NCBI GenBank assembly: GCA_963740635.1 | Contig: CAVUEQ010000001.1 | Span: forward strand, 81,026 to 145,025 | Length of the DNA: 64,000 nt | DNA from: an uncultured bacterium | GTDB taxonomy: Bacteria > Patescibacteriota > Saccharimonadia > UBA4664 | Direction: 5' to 3' | In this document: positions 47,051-56,617 of the stretch, one piece after another | How positions within the stretch are numbered: the stretch's first letter is position 1 | How the letters are laid out: every line of letters starts with the position of its first letter | Translations under genes and position numbers: made by a program | Notes under the pieces: generated by a model | Told to the model about the DNA's origin: nothing | Seen by the model: only the letters and a program-made list of their open reading frames with translations | Databases searched by the model: none

Positions 47051-48274
47051 GTGACTGACGAGCACAACAATGACGAGCACAAATATACCGGTAATACCGA
47101 GCCGGAGTTAACCGTACCGCGCCCGCCCGGGCACCGGTATGGCGCGGGGCATAACCGCCGCGGCAACATGACGCCGGCACGGCTGTTGGGTGCCGGACTG
47201 CTGCTGGGTTTGGCCGGCGGTATGCTGGGGGCGTTTGTGTTTGTGCGGTTCTTTGCGGCCTCCATTCCCACCGATCGCAAGCAGCTGGTGGTGCAGGAGA
47301 GTTCGGCAGTGATTGACGTGGCCCAGAAGGTGAGTCCGAGTGTGGTGTCGATTACCTCGAAGGCGATAACGCAGGGATTTTTTGGCGCCCAGCAGCAGGA
47401 GGGAGCCGGCACCGGCATGGTCGTGAGCAGCGACGGGCTGATTATGACTAACCGGCACGTGGTGGACGACACCACGGCCAACTACACGGTGGTGACTAAT
47501 GACGGCAAGAGTTATCCGGCGACGGTGGTGTCGCGCGATACCATTAACGACGTGGCGTTTGTGCGCATATCCGCGACCGGGCTGAAGCCGGTGGAGCTCG
47601 GTGATTCCGGGGCGGTGAAGGTGGGGCAGCAGGTGATAGCGATCGGTAACGCGCTGGGGCAGTTCCAAAATAGCGTGACATCCGGTATCATCTCTGGCTT
47701 GTCGCGCGGCGTGACGGCCGGCGACAGCGGCAGTGCCCTGGGCAACGGCTCCAGCGAGAACTTGCAAGACCTGCTGCAAACCGACGCGGCCATAAACCCT
47801 GGCAACTCGGGCGGGCCGCTGGTGAACCTTGACGGCCAGGTGGTCGGCATAAACACGGCGGTGGCCGGGCAGGCGCAGAATATTGGCTTTGCGATCCCGG
47901 TAAACGAGGTGAAAGCGCTGATATCGAGCGTGAAGAGCAAGGGGCGAATCGTGCGGCCGTATCTGGGCGTGCGGTACGTGGCCATAGATAAGCAGACGGC
48001 CACCGAAAACAATCTGGGGGTGAGCGACGGTGCGTGGGTGCAGGCGGCCGACGACGCCAATCCGGGGGTGGTGCCGGGTTCGCCGGCGGAAAAGGCGGGC
48101 GTGAAGGAGGGCGACATTATCATTAAGGTGAATAACGACAAGATTGATGCTACCCACAGCCTGCAATCTCTAATTGGCAAGCACAACGTGGGCGACAAGG
48201 TGACAATAACGGTAATGCGCGACGGCAAGTCGCAGACGATCACGGCTACGCTCGAAGCTGCGCCGGCGGGTTAA
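47051..48274 (+). CDS. htrA: HtrA/DegP-family serine protease with PDZ domain
   Basis: It has an N-terminal TM, then the catalytic triad regions TNRHVV, NDVAFVRI and GNSGGPLVN. The PDZ region reads GSPAEKAGVKEGDIIIKVNN. Confidence 0.9.
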   Translation: MTDEHNNDEHKYTGNTEPELTVPRPPGHRYGAGHNRRGNMTPARLLGAGLLLGLAGGMLGAFVFVRFFAASIPTDRKQLVVQESSAVIDVAQKVSPSVVSITSKAITQGFFGAQQQEGAGTGMVVSSDGLIMTNRHVVDDTTANYTVVTNDGKSYPATVVSRDTINDVAFVRISATGLKPVELGDSGAVKVGQQVIAIGNALGQFQNSVTSGIISGLSRGVTAGDSGSALGNGSSENLQDLLQTDAAINPGNSGGPLVNLDGQVVGINTAVAGQAQNIGFAIPVNEVKALISSVKSKGRIVRPYLGVRYVAIDKQTATENNLGVSDGAWVQAADDANPGVVPGSPAEKAGVKEGDIIIKVNNDKIDATHSLQSLIGKHNVGDKVTITVMRDGKSQTITATLEAAPAG

Positions 48275-48302
48275 TTGGAAAAGTCAAAGGTTATGTGGGC
48301 GC

Positions 48303-48328
48303 GGCCCGCCCCTGTTGAGGGGCGGGCC
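48303..48328. terminator. Bidirectional GC-rich hairpin between convergent genes
   Basis: GGCCCGCCCC-tgttga-GGGGCGGGCC is a perfect 10-bp stem. It lies between the htrA stop (48274) and the stop of 48334..48873. There is no clear U-run. Confidence 0.6.
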
Positions 48329-48333
48329 ACTAG

Positions 48334-48873
48334 TTACCTCGCTTCCGGGTAAGTGACCCTGGTTGGGGCTGCTTCGCTCGGACTGTAGACCTGGAGCGGG
48401 TACAAACCCCCGTAGTTGGTCTCGCGCACATGGCATATCGGAACGAGCAGATGCTCACTCGTAACGACCACGAAGTGGGTGGTGTGCGATGTGGCGGCTC
48501 GCCGCCGCATGTCGCGGACCAGGGCTTCAAGCGCTGGGGCGGTGAAGTCCACGGCGAATGGATCTCGCATTTTGGCAACAGACTCCAGAAGTACGGGTAC
48601 TGGGGTACCTGCCTCCAGATACTGGGCCAGAATCTCCGCGCTGGTGATATGCCGGGGGAGGTCGCCGCCGATGTACACGACGAACTTCGCAGGCGGTTGG
48701 TTTCCTGTGAGTAGCCGGTGGGCGGCGCGCCGGATTTGGACTAGCCCTAGTTGATCAAGTCCGCCCGGTTCTGATTCGTTTGGTTTGCCGTGGCGCAGGC
48801 CGTAGAGCATGAGCTCATAGGGCGTGTTTCGGGTGCGTCGCACGATTACATCACTTACAAGGGTTCGCAGCAT
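48334..48873 (-). CDS. Histidine phosphatase superfamily protein (phosphoglycerate-mutase-like)
   Basis: The RHG motif occurs in LMLYGLRHGKPNE, and the distal His region in FVVVTSEHLL. 179 aa. Confidence 0.55.
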   Translation of the reverse strand: MLRTLVSDVIVRRTRNTPYELMLYGLRHGKPNESEPGGLDQLGLVQIRRAAHRLLTGNQPPAKFVVYIGGDLPRHITSAEILAQYLEAGTPVPVLLESVAKMRDPFAVDFTAPALEALVRDMRRRAATSHTTHFVVVTSEHLLVPICHVRETNYGGLYPLQVYSPSEAAPTRVTYPEAR

Positions 48874-48942
48874 TTCCTGGCCTCCACTAGATCGGTCGAA
48901 AACGAGTGACCGAACTATGACACTGTTTGAGCGTAATTACAA

Positions 48943-49749
48943 CTATTGTTGCTGAAAGCCGAGTATGAAGTAGCCTTGCTCGATGGGCGAGAGGCCGTGT
49001 TTGGCGGCCTCGGCGATGAGGGCTTCATGCTGCCAGGGGTCGCATTCGGTGAAGAGGAAGCCGCCCGGCGCGAGATGCCCGGGGAGGCCGGCCAGGAAGC
49101 GGCGGTAGAGGCCGAGACCGTCCGGGCCGCCGAAGAGGGCGACGGTGGGTTCACGCCTCACTTCGGGCATGAGGTCGGCGCCGTCTTCGAGGTACGGCAG
49201 GTTGGTGACCACGGTATCGAAGGTTTCGCCTTCGAGAGCCGACCAGAGGTCTGAGGCTAAATGTCGAATTTCGACATTTAAGCGCTTGGCATTGCGGCGG
49301 GCGACGGCCAGCTCGCGGTCGGAGAGGTCGGTGGCGGTGACGCCCAGGTCGGGGCGATGGGTGGCAATGGCGATGGCGATGGCGCCCGAGCCGGTGCCGA
49401 TGTCGATGAGCCGGGAATTCTTGGGCGCGTATTTGATGGCCCATTCGACCAGCTGCTCGGTCTCCACGCGCGGTGTAAGCACGTCGGGCGTGATTTCAAA
49501 TTCCAGCCCATAAAATTCGCGCGTGCCGGTGATGTGGACTACCGGAACGTGTTGGGCTCGTTTTTGGATAAATTTATTATACAGCTTATGCTTATCCGCG
49601 CTAATTATTTCGTCATCGTGGGCCAGCAGCCAGGCGCGGTCGTGACTGAGGGCGTGGGCGAGGAGTAATTCGGCGTCGAAGCGGGCGCCGGAGATTTTGG
49701 CTTCTTCAAGCTCGGATATGGCGAGCTTTAGGGCCTCGCGGATGGTCAT
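48943..49749 (-). CDS. prmC: Release-factor glutamine N5-methyltransferase PrmC/HemK
   Basis: The SAM motif is LIDIGTGSGAIAI. The substrate motif is VVTNLPYL (an NPPY variant). It lies in the same strand run as prfA. Confidence 0.85.
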   Translation of the reverse strand: MTIREALKLAISELEEAKISGARFDAELLLAHALSHDRAWLLAHDDEIISADKHKLYNKFIQKRAQHVPVVHITGTREFYGLEFEITPDVLTPRVETEQLVEWAIKYAPKNSRLIDIGTGSGAIAIAIATHRPDLGVTATDLSDRELAVARRNAKRLNVEIRHLASDLWSALEGETFDTVVTNLPYLEDGADLMPEVRREPTVALFGGPDGLGLYRRFLAGLPGHLAPGGFLFTECDPWQHEALIAEAAKHGLSPIEQGYFILGFQQQ

Positions 49750-50660
49750 TTTGACTTCGAGAGGAATTTTTCAACCTCTGTACGATAGGGCATAGCAGGG
49801 CCGGCGCCGAGGACTTGGACCGAGAGCGCGGCGGCGGCGTTGGCGAAGAAAAGGGCCGCAGTTGCGGTTTGATTTTCGGCCAGCGCGGCAGCAAAAGCGC
49901 CAGTGAAGCAATCACCGGCACCGGTAGTGTCGACACTTTTTACGGTGTGGCCCAGAACTTGAGCAGTCGAGCCGTTAACACGTGCAACGAGGCCATGCTT
50001 GCCGAGAGTGACGATGATGTTAGTGGGTTGCCCTAGGCCATGGTTTAGCTCTTCTTCGTAGAGTGCCGGTGTCATTAGGTTAGCTGGGGTCCCGCTGAAA
50101 TCGGCAAATTCAGTTTCATTGAGGATAAGGTAGTCAATGAGGGGGAGGAATTCGGGTGGAATTGGCTTGTAGGGAGCGGGATTGTAGATAGTGACGGCGC
50201 CGCGCGAATGGGCGCGCTCGAGGGCGTGATGGATGACAGGCCGGGGAATTTCGTTTTGAAGCACTACGATGTCGCTGGGCTTGATCGGAGCACGGCCGAC
50301 AAGCTCCGTGGACACGGAATCGTTGGCTCCGGCGACGACTGTAATAGCGTTTTCGCCGGTGGCGTCGACGGTAACAAGGGCTGCGCCGGAAGGGCCAGGG
50401 ACTGTGATGACGCCATCAATGTTGACGGACTCGGCTTCCAGAAAATCGCGCAGGGTATGGGTGGAGGTATCGCTGCCGATAGCACCGATTAGGTGGACGG
50501 TGGCACCGGCCCGGGCGGCGGCAACTGCCTGATTGGCGCCCTTGCCGCCGGGCAGGAATTTAATGGAGAAGCCGGAGACGGTTTCGCCGAACCGGGGCAG
50601 GCGCTCGGTGGTGACGAACACATCTAAATTAATGGAGCCGATGACGAATACGCGCTTCAC
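49746..50660 (-). CDS. rbsK: Ribokinase (PfkB family)
   Basis: VIGSINLDVFVTTERLPRFGETV...GGKGANQAVAAARAG and the C-terminal DTTGAGDCFTGAF. Confidence 0.8.
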   Translation of the reverse strand: MKRVFVIGSINLDVFVTTERLPRFGETVSGFSIKFLPGGKGANQAVAAARAGATVHLIGAIGSDTSTHTLRDFLEAESVNIDGVITVPGPSGAALVTVDATGENAITVVAGANDSVSTELVGRAPIKPSDIVVLQNEIPRPVIHHALERAHSRGAVTIYNPAPYKPIPPEFLPLIDYLILNETEFADFSGTPANLMTPALYEEELNHGLGQPTNIIVTLGKHGLVARVNGSTAQVLGHTVKSVDTTGAGDCFTGAFAAALAENQTATAALFFANAAAALSVQVLGAGPAMPYRTEVEKFLSKSK

Positions 50661-51196
50661 GCGGCGGCCTTCACCCGGGCCAGGATGTCCCTGGCCACCA
50701 ATTTGAGCTCGCGGGTGGCGTCTATTTCGATGGCGCCGAGGTCGAGCATTTCCTGCTTAAACGGTGCCGCCCAGCGCAATAATTGGTCGCGCTCTTCCAC
50801 CCTCTGGCCGAAGCTGGTGTCCGGGGCGCCGCTTTTAATGCGGGAACGTATGATATTTGTGGGAATATCCAGATAGAATATGGCTTTCAACATGTCATGG
50901 GCGCGGTCGATGTTGCCGGCGTTGCCGCACAGGAATACAGGTTTGCCGGTGGGTTCGAGTTTGTCGATGTGCTTGCGCAGCCGGTCCAGTTCCCAGACGT
51001 AATTGTGGCGCTCCCACCAGGCCGCATCGGCGCCGGCGGGGTAGGGGACGGGCTTGTGGTTCTTGTTGGCGAAGTAGCCGAGGCCCTGGGTACTGTCGGC
51101 GTCGATGGTTTGGTAGCCTTGGGCGGATAGGTACTCAGCCAGGGCGGACTTGCCTGCGCCGGACGGCCCGGTGATGAGGTAAATGGGCTGGCTCAT
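50657..51196 (-). CDS. P-loop NTPase / small-molecule kinase-like protein
   Basis: Walker [18 protein letters not shown]. 179 aa. It is translationally coupled between prfA and ribokinase. The substrate is unknown. Confidence 0.6.
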   Translation of the reverse strand: MSQPIYLITGPSGAGKSALAEYLSAQGYQTIDADSTQGLGYFANKNHKPVPYPAGADAAWWERHNYVWELDRLRKHIDKLEPTGKPVFLCGNAGNIDRAHDMLKAIFYLDIPTNIIRSRIKSGAPDTSFGQRVEERDQLLRWAAPFKQEMLDLGAIEIDATRELKLVARDILARVKAAA

Positions 51197-52260
51197 GCCG
51201 CGGCCTGTTCAAGTTTGAGGCGGAGGTCTTCGGCGCGGAGGGCTTCGAGCATGTCAGCGATGCCACCGAGCATGAAGCCGGGGAGGCCGTGCTGGGTGCG
51301 GCCGATGCGGTGGTCGGTGACGCGGTCTTGCGGGAAATTGTAGGTGCGGATTTTCTCGGAGCGGTCGCCGGTGCCGATCTGGGAGAGGCGGGCGTTGCGG
51401 TTGGCCTGCTGCTCTTCTTCCATCTTGAGGGCGAGCAAGCGGGAACGGAGCACGCCCATGGCCTTGAGCTTGTTTTTGAGCTGGGATTTTTCGTCTTGGC
51501 AGGTGACGACCAGGCCCGAGGGAATGTGCGTGATGCGCACGGCGGAGTCGGTGGTGTTGACGGACTGGCCGCCGTGGCCGCCGGAGCGGTAAACGTCGAT
51601 GCGCAGGTCGGAGTCTTTGATTTCCAGGTCGGTTTCTTCGGCCTCGGGCAGGACGGCGACGGTGACGGTAGAGGTGTGGACGCGGCCTTGGGATTCGGTT
51701 TCGGGGACGCGCTGCACGCGGTGGACGCCGGATTCGTACTTGAGAAGGCCGTAGGCGCCGTCGCCATTGACCTCGAAGATGATTTCCTTGTAGCCGCCGA
51801 CCTCGCTGGGGCTTTCGGACACGAGCTCCACATGCCAGCCGGGCTGGGTTTCGATGTAGCGGGCGTACAGGCGGTAGAGCTCGCCGCCAAACAGGCTGGC
51901 CTCGTCGCCGCCGGCGCCGGCGCGGATTTCCACGATGGCGTTTTTGGTGTCGGCGGGGTCCTTGGGCACCAGTGCCAGGCGCAGGGCGTCGCCTGCTTGG
52001 TCGAGCTGGGTCTCGAGCTCCGGGATTTCCTCGCGGGCCAGCTCGGCCAGCTCGGGGTCGCCCAGCGCCTCGCGGCTGTCGGCCAGCGCGGCCTCCAGGC
52101 GGGCGCGGCGGTCGTAGAGCTCGATCAGCGGCGCGAGCTCGGCCTGGCGCTTGGCCAGTGATACTATTTCGGGCGTGCCGAACAGCGCCGGGTCGGTCAT
52201 GCGGCCGGCGAGCTCATCGGATTCGGAGCGGATTTTAGCTTCAGTGGGGTCCATAATCAT
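51193..52260 (-). CDS. prfA: Peptide chain release factor 1
   Basis: The GGQ motif is in [27 protein letters not shown]. The RF1-type PxT loop is in [17 protein letters not shown]. Confidence 0.95.
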   Translation of the reverse strand: MIMDPTEAKIRSESDELAGRMTDPALFGTPEIVSLAKRQAELAPLIELYDRRARLEAALADSREALGDPELAELAREEIPELETQLDQAGDALRLALVPKDPADTKNAIVEIRAGAGGDEASLFGGELYRLYARYIETQPGWHVELVSESPSEVGGYKEIIFEVNGDGAYGLLKYESGVHRVQRVPETESQGRVHTSTVTVAVLPEAEETDLEIKDSDLRIDVYRSGGHGGQSVNTTDSAVRITHIPSGLVVTCQDEKSQLKNKLKAMGVLRSRLLALKMEEEQQANRNARLSQIGTGDRSEKIRTYNFPQDRVTDHRIGRTQHGLPGFMLGGIADMLEALRAEDLRLKLEQAAA

Positions 52261-52275
52261 CTCTTGGTAACAAAA

Positions 52276-52305
52276 AACGCTCTGTTACAAGTGTATCAGA
52301 GCGTT
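52276..52305 (-). terminator. Intrinsic terminator downstream of rpmE, abutting the prfA start
   Basis: On the minus strand: AACGCTCTG-atacacttgtaa-CAGAGCGTT followed by TTTTTGTT. The U-run ends about 10 nt before the prfA ATG (52260). Confidence 0.7.
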
Positions 52306-52316
52306 CGCTGGCTTAG

Positions 52317-52634
52317 TTAGACTTCGGGCTTGGCGTCGGCTTCGACGGTCTCGGTCTGGAGCTCTTCCTGGATTTTGGCCAGCTCGGCATCCTTTTTGTT
52401 GGTGGCGGCGGCCTTGGTTTCGGCGAGCTTGGACGCGTGAGCCTGGCGGGCCTTGAACTTGTCGACGCGGCCGGCGGTGTCGATGAGCTTCTGCTTGCCC
52501 GTGTAGAACGGGTGGCAGTTCGAGCAAATCTCAACGTTAATTTCCTTCACGGTCGCGTGGGTCGTGAAGGTGGTGTTACAACCGTTGCAATGAACGGTGG
52601 TTTCGAATAGTTCGGGGTGAATGCCGGTTTTCAT
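52317..52634 (-). CDS. rpmE: Ribosomal protein L31 with Lys/Glu-rich C-terminal extension
   Basis: [53 protein letters not shown], followed by an extra charged tail of about 35 aa. The start is ATG 52634. Confidence 0.9.
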   Translation of the reverse strand: MKTGIHPELFETTVHCNGCNTTFTTHATVKEINVEICSNCHPFYTGKQKLIDTAGRVDKFKARQAHASKLAETKAAATNKKDAELAKIQEELQTETVEADAKPEV

Positions 52635-52902
52635 AACTTCGGAATTGTACCTGATAATGGCGGGTGGGTCAACCTGGCCGTAGGCCGGCACAAACTTCTA
52701 ACGGAACATAGCGGTTCACAAAATAGGTATACTATATATCTGTATAAAATATACCTAAAATCGAGATGACAAATTCTCCCTTGGGTGAGGTTGTCTCTGA
52801 GCCTGGAATCTGGTATGCTCGCTGGGCTTAAACATTTAATGAAGCAATGCGGCCGACATCCTCCCGCTTGGGTGGCCGCATGAAGCGAAAGGACACAATT
52901 TA

Positions 52903-53640
52903 ATGGCTGACGTAAGCCTCAAAGAACTACTGGAGGCGGGTGCGCATTTTGGGCACCAGACCCGCCGGTGGAACCCGAAGATGAAGCAATATATCTACGG
53001 GGCCCGCGGAGGGGTGCATATTATTGACTTGACCAAGACGGGCGTAATGCTCAAGGAGGCGACCGAGTTTGCTAAGCAGACCGCTGCCGATGGCGGCAAG
53101 GTGCTGATAGTGGGTACCAAGCGCCAGGCAGCGCCGGTGGTGCGCGAAATCGCCGAAGCCAACGGCTTGCCATACGTGAGCGAACGCTGGCTGGGCGGTA
53201 TGCTGACCAACTTCCGCACCATTCGCCTGCAGGTGCAACGCCTCAAGAAGCTCGAGGCGGGCCTGGAGAGCGGCGACTACGCGAACAAGTACAACAAGAA
53301 AGAGTTGCTCGATTTCTCGAACGAGGTGGCGGCGCTGAACCGCATTTTCGGCGGTATTAAAAACATGGACGGCCTGCCGGGTGCGGTGTATGTAGTGGAC
53401 GTGCCGGGCGAGAGCATCGCGGTGGCCGAGTCGCGGCGGCTGGGGATTCCGGTGATCGCGATCGTGGACTCGAACGCTGACCCGGATCTCGTGGACTACA
53501 AGATTCCGGCGAACGACGACGCTATCAAGAGCGTGCGCGTGATTACGAAGGCCGTGGCCGAGGCGGCGGCGGAAGGCGCTAAGCTGCACGCCAGCAAGGC
53601 TGCCGAGAAGGCGGAGAAGGTAGAAGAGGAGGCCAAATAA
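52903..53640 (+). CDS. rpsB: Ribosomal protein S2
   Basis: [34 protein letters not shown] candidate promoter TTGTCT-17-TATGCT and an 8-bp leader hairpin (ATGCGGCC...GGCCGCAT) lie upstream. Confidence 0.95.
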   Translation: MADVSLKELLEAGAHFGHQTRRWNPKMKQYIYGARGGVHIIDLTKTGVMLKEATEFAKQTAADGGKVLIVGTKRQAAPVVREIAEANGLPYVSERWLGGMLTNFRTIRLQVQRLKKLEAGLESGDYANKYNKKELLDFSNEVAALNRIFGGIKNMDGLPGAVYVVDVPGESIAVAESRRLGIPVIAIVDSNADPDLVDYKIPANDDAIKSVRVITKAVAEAAAEGAKLHASKAAEKAEKVEEEAK

Positions 53641-54227
53641 TGGCGATTGCGATTGAAGACATCAAGAACCTGCGCGAAAAGACCGGCGCGGGCATGATGA
53701 AGGCCAAGGAGGCGCTGGAGGCTTCGGGCGGCGACTTTGACGCGGCCGTCAAGTACCTGCGCGAAAAAGGCGAGGCTAGCGCCGCCAAGAAAAGCGAGCG
53801 TGAGGCCCGCGCCGGCGTGATCGAGGGTTACGTGCACTCGGGCCGGATTGGCGTGTTGGTGGAGATCAACTGCGAGACCGACTTTGTGGCCCGCACCGAG
53901 GATTTCAAGAATTTCGCGCGCGACATCGCCATGCACGTGGCGGCGGCCAATCCGGAATATTTGAGCCCAGAAGCGGTCCCGGCTGAGGTGGTGGAGAACG
54001 AGAAGACTATCTACCGCAAAGAAGTCGAGGGCAAGCCGGCCGAGATTATCGAGAAAATCGTGGACGGCAAGCTAGCCAAATATTACGAGCAGGTGTGTTT
54101 GGTGAACCAGCCCTTCGTGAAAGACCCCGACCGAAGCGTAGGCAAATTGACCAGTGAATTAATCGCGAAATTGGGAGAAAATATTGTCATTCGTAGATAT
54201 GAGCGGATGGAACTAGGAGGCGTATGA
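53640..54227 (+). CDS. tsf: Elongation factor Ts (short form, 195 aa)
   Basis: IKNLREKTGAGMMKAKEALEASGGDFDAAVKYLREKG...VEINCETDFVART. TAATG overlap with rpsB. Confidence 0.95.
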   Translation: MAIAIEDIKNLREKTGAGMMKAKEALEASGGDFDAAVKYLREKGEASAAKKSEREARAGVIEGYVHSGRIGVLVEINCETDFVARTEDFKNFARDIAMHVAAANPEYLSPEAVPAEVVENEKTIYRKEVEGKPAEIIEKIVDGKLAKYYEQVCLVNQPFVKDPDRSVGKLTSELIAKLGENIVIRRYERMELGGV

Positions 54228-54784
54228 TCAGGTCATTGGTTGAATCGGCGGGTCCGAAAATGGAAAAGGCAGTCCAGCATTTCGCGGAAGATCTGAAGTC
54301 GTTGCGCACCGGCAGGGCGTCGGTGGCCATGCTCGACGGCGTGACAGTGGAGCTATATGGGGTGCCGCAGCCACTGAAGGCGGTGGCCTCAGTGAGCACG
54401 CCCGATGCCCGCTCGCTGGCCGTGGCGCCGTGGGACAAGACGGCGCTGGGCCCGATTGAGAAGGCCATCCGCGAGAACCAGTCGCTGGGGCTAAACCCGG
54501 CCAACGACGGCAGCGTGATCCGTCTGAACATTCCGCCGATGACCGAGGAGCGCCGCCGTGAGGTGGTGAAGAGCCTGGGCTCGAAGGTCGAGGATTGCCG
54601 CATAGTGTTGCGCAATATCCGCCATGATGTGATGAACGACATCAAGAAGATGGAGAAGGCCAAAGAGGCTACGACGGACGACGTGAAGTTCGCCGAGGCC
54701 GAATTGAATAAGAAAATTGAGCAATTTCAGCGCCGCATTGAAGAAATTGAGAGCCTCAAGTCCAAGGAGATCATGGAGGTCTAA
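54224..54784 (+). CDS. frr: Ribosome recycling factor
   Basis: HFAEDLKSLRTGRASVAMLDGVTVELYG...IRLNIPPMTEERRREVVK. It follows tsf directly, with no pyrH between them. Confidence 0.95.
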   Translation: MIRSLVESAGPKMEKAVQHFAEDLKSLRTGRASVAMLDGVTVELYGVPQPLKAVASVSTPDARSLAVAPWDKTALGPIEKAIRENQSLGLNPANDGSVIRLNIPPMTEERRREVVKSLGSKVEDCRIVLRNIRHDVMNDIKKMEKAKEATTDDVKFAEAELNKKIEQFQRRIEEIESLKSKEIMEV

Positions 54785-55492
54785 GTGGTCGATGAGGCTA
54801 TGGCACAGCCGAAAGTGCCCCTGCACCTCGGCCTGATTCTGGACGGCAACCGGCGTTGGGCCCGGGAACACGGGCTGCCGCAGCTCGAGGGGCACCGCCG
54901 CGGGTACGATAACCTGCATAATATTGTGACGGCGGCGGCCGAGCGGGGGGTGAAATATATTTCCGCCTACGTTTTTTCGACTGAGAATTGGAACCGCAGT
55001 CAGGAGGAGGTGAATTACCTCATGGATATGCTGGTGTGGGTGGCCACCAAAGAAATCGACAAGTTTGTCCGCGAGGACATGAAAGTGGTGTTTTTGGGGT
55101 CGCGGAAAAACCTGAGCGCCAAGGTGCTGCGGGCGATCCGCTCGGTCGAGGACAGAACGGCCGGCTGCACCCGGGCGGTGGTGGCATTGTGTTTCAATTA
55201 TGGCGGCCAGGTTGAGGTCGCCGAGGCGGTGGCCCGGATGGTGGACGACGGCGTGAAGTCAGCCGAGGTGACGCCCGGCAAGCTATCCGAATATTTGTAC
55301 CATCCGGAAGTGCCGCCGGTGGATTTGCTGATCCGGAGCTCCGGCGAGCTGCGGACATCCGGGTTCATGATGTGGCGCACGGCATACGCGGAACTGTATT
55401 TTAGCCCCGTGCCGTGGCCGGCTTTTAGCGTTGCGGATTTAGATGCCGCGCTCTTCGAATACGCCGGCCGGCACCGCCGGTACGGAAAATAA
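54785..55492 (+). CDS. uppS: Undecaprenyl diphosphate synthase
   Basis: HLGLILDGNRRWAREHGLP...AYVFSTENWNRS...LLIRSSGELRTSGFMMW. Confidence 0.95.
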   Translation: MVDEAMAQPKVPLHLGLILDGNRRWAREHGLPQLEGHRRGYDNLHNIVTAAAERGVKYISAYVFSTENWNRSQEEVNYLMDMLVWVATKEIDKFVREDMKVVFLGSRKNLSAKVLRAIRSVEDRTAGCTRAVVALCFNYGGQVEVAEAVARMVDDGVKSAEVTPGKLSEYLYHPEVPPVDLLIRSSGELRTSGFMMWRTAYAELYFSPVPWPAFSVADLDAALFEYAGRHRRYGK

Positions 55493-55507
55493 GTTACAAT
55501 AGCTGAT

Positions 55508-56614
55508 GTGCTGATAGCTATTGTCATTATCGTTTTATTTTCGCTCTTGGTGATCTTACACGAATGGGGCCACTTCCTGGCCGCCCGCCGCGGAGGCGTG
55601 GAGGTGGAGGAGTTTGGCGTCGGTTTTCCGCCAAAGGTCTGGGGCAAGAAGGTGGGCGGCACGTTGTATTCGGTGAACTGGCTGCCGCTGGGCGGCTTTG
55701 TGCGTCTGAAGGGTGAGGACACCGGCCAGACCGGCCCCGGGACGTTTGGGGGCGCCAGCTACAGTGTGAAGGCCAAGATTCTGCTGGCGGGCGTGGGCAT
55801 GAACATGCTGACAGCCGTGGTGATCTTGTACGCGCTGTGTGTGACCGGTATCCCGGCGCTGGGCGGCGCTTTTGAGCCGAAATTTTTGCCGTCGACCTAT
55901 TCCCAGTCGAGGCAGTTGATAATGGCTGAGGTGGTGCCGGGGTCGCCGGCGGCGGCGGCCGGGCTGGTGCGCGGGGATTTTCTGTTGAGCGCGAACGGCG
56001 CCCCGCTCGAGGATGAGGCGGCCTTGCGGGCGTTCACGAAGGCCCATGCCGGCCAAGAGGTCAGCTTGAGCGTGAAGCATGATGGTGTGGTGCGCGATGT
56101 GGCGGTGAAACTGCGCGACCAGGCGTCGAGCTCCGGCTACCTGGGGGTGGGCAGCCAGCAAGTGTACCGGCTGCGCTATGACCCGCTGACGGCGCTGGCG
56201 GCGGCGGTGTATATCGCCGGTGCGCTGTTTGTGGGCACGATCGTGGGCGTGGTGATGCTGCTGGTGCACATACCGGCACTGGTGTTGGGACTGTTTTCGA
56301 CGAAAGTGCCGGAAGCGGCGGCCTCTGCCTCCGGGCCGGTAGGCATTTTCCTGATTTTGCAGAGCCTGTCGTCGCTGGGTTACGCCTACATTTACCTGTT
56401 TATGGCCAACATCGCGGTGGCGCTGGCGGCGTTTAACGTGCTGCCTTTGCCGGCGCTCGACGGCGGGCGGCTGGCAATTATTACGCTGCGGCGGTTTGTG
56501 AAGAAGCGGCAGATTTCGGCGGACCTGGAGGCCCGGATTCACTCGATTGGGTTTATCGCGCTGATCGCGTTGATGGTGTTGATAACGGTTTACGACTTGC
56601 GAAAGCCGCACTAA
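55508..56614 (+). CDS. rseP: Site-2 (RseP/M50) intramembrane zinc metalloprotease with PDZ domain
   Basis: The HEXXH motif is in ILHEWGHFLAARRGG. The PDZ region is GSPAAAAGLVRGDFLLSANG. The C-terminal NxxPxxxLDG motif reads AFNVLPLPALDGG. Confidence 0.9.
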   Translation: MLIAIVIIVLFSLLVILHEWGHFLAARRGGVEVEEFGVGFPPKVWGKKVGGTLYSVNWLPLGGFVRLKGEDTGQTGPGTFGGASYSVKAKILLAGVGMNMLTAVVILYALCVTGIPALGGAFEPKFLPSTYSQSRQLIMAEVVPGSPAAAAGLVRGDFLLSANGAPLEDEAALRAFTKAHAGQEVSLSVKHDGVVRDVAVKLRDQASSSGYLGVGSQQVYRLRYDPLTALAAAVYIAGALFVGTIVGVVMLLVHIPALVLGLFSTKVPEAAASASGPVGIFLILQSLSSLGYAYIYLFMANIAVALAAFNVLPLPALDGGRLAIITLRRFVKKRQISADLEARIHSIGFIALIALMVLITVYDLRKPH

Positions 56615-56617
56615 TCC

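Noticed and set aside
51193-52260. RF1 tripeptide reads P-E-T instead of the textbook P-A-T/P-V-T
   Set aside because: The middle residue of the PxT motif is known to vary. The surrounding loop and the GGQ motif are intact, so there is no basis for claiming altered stop-codon recognition.
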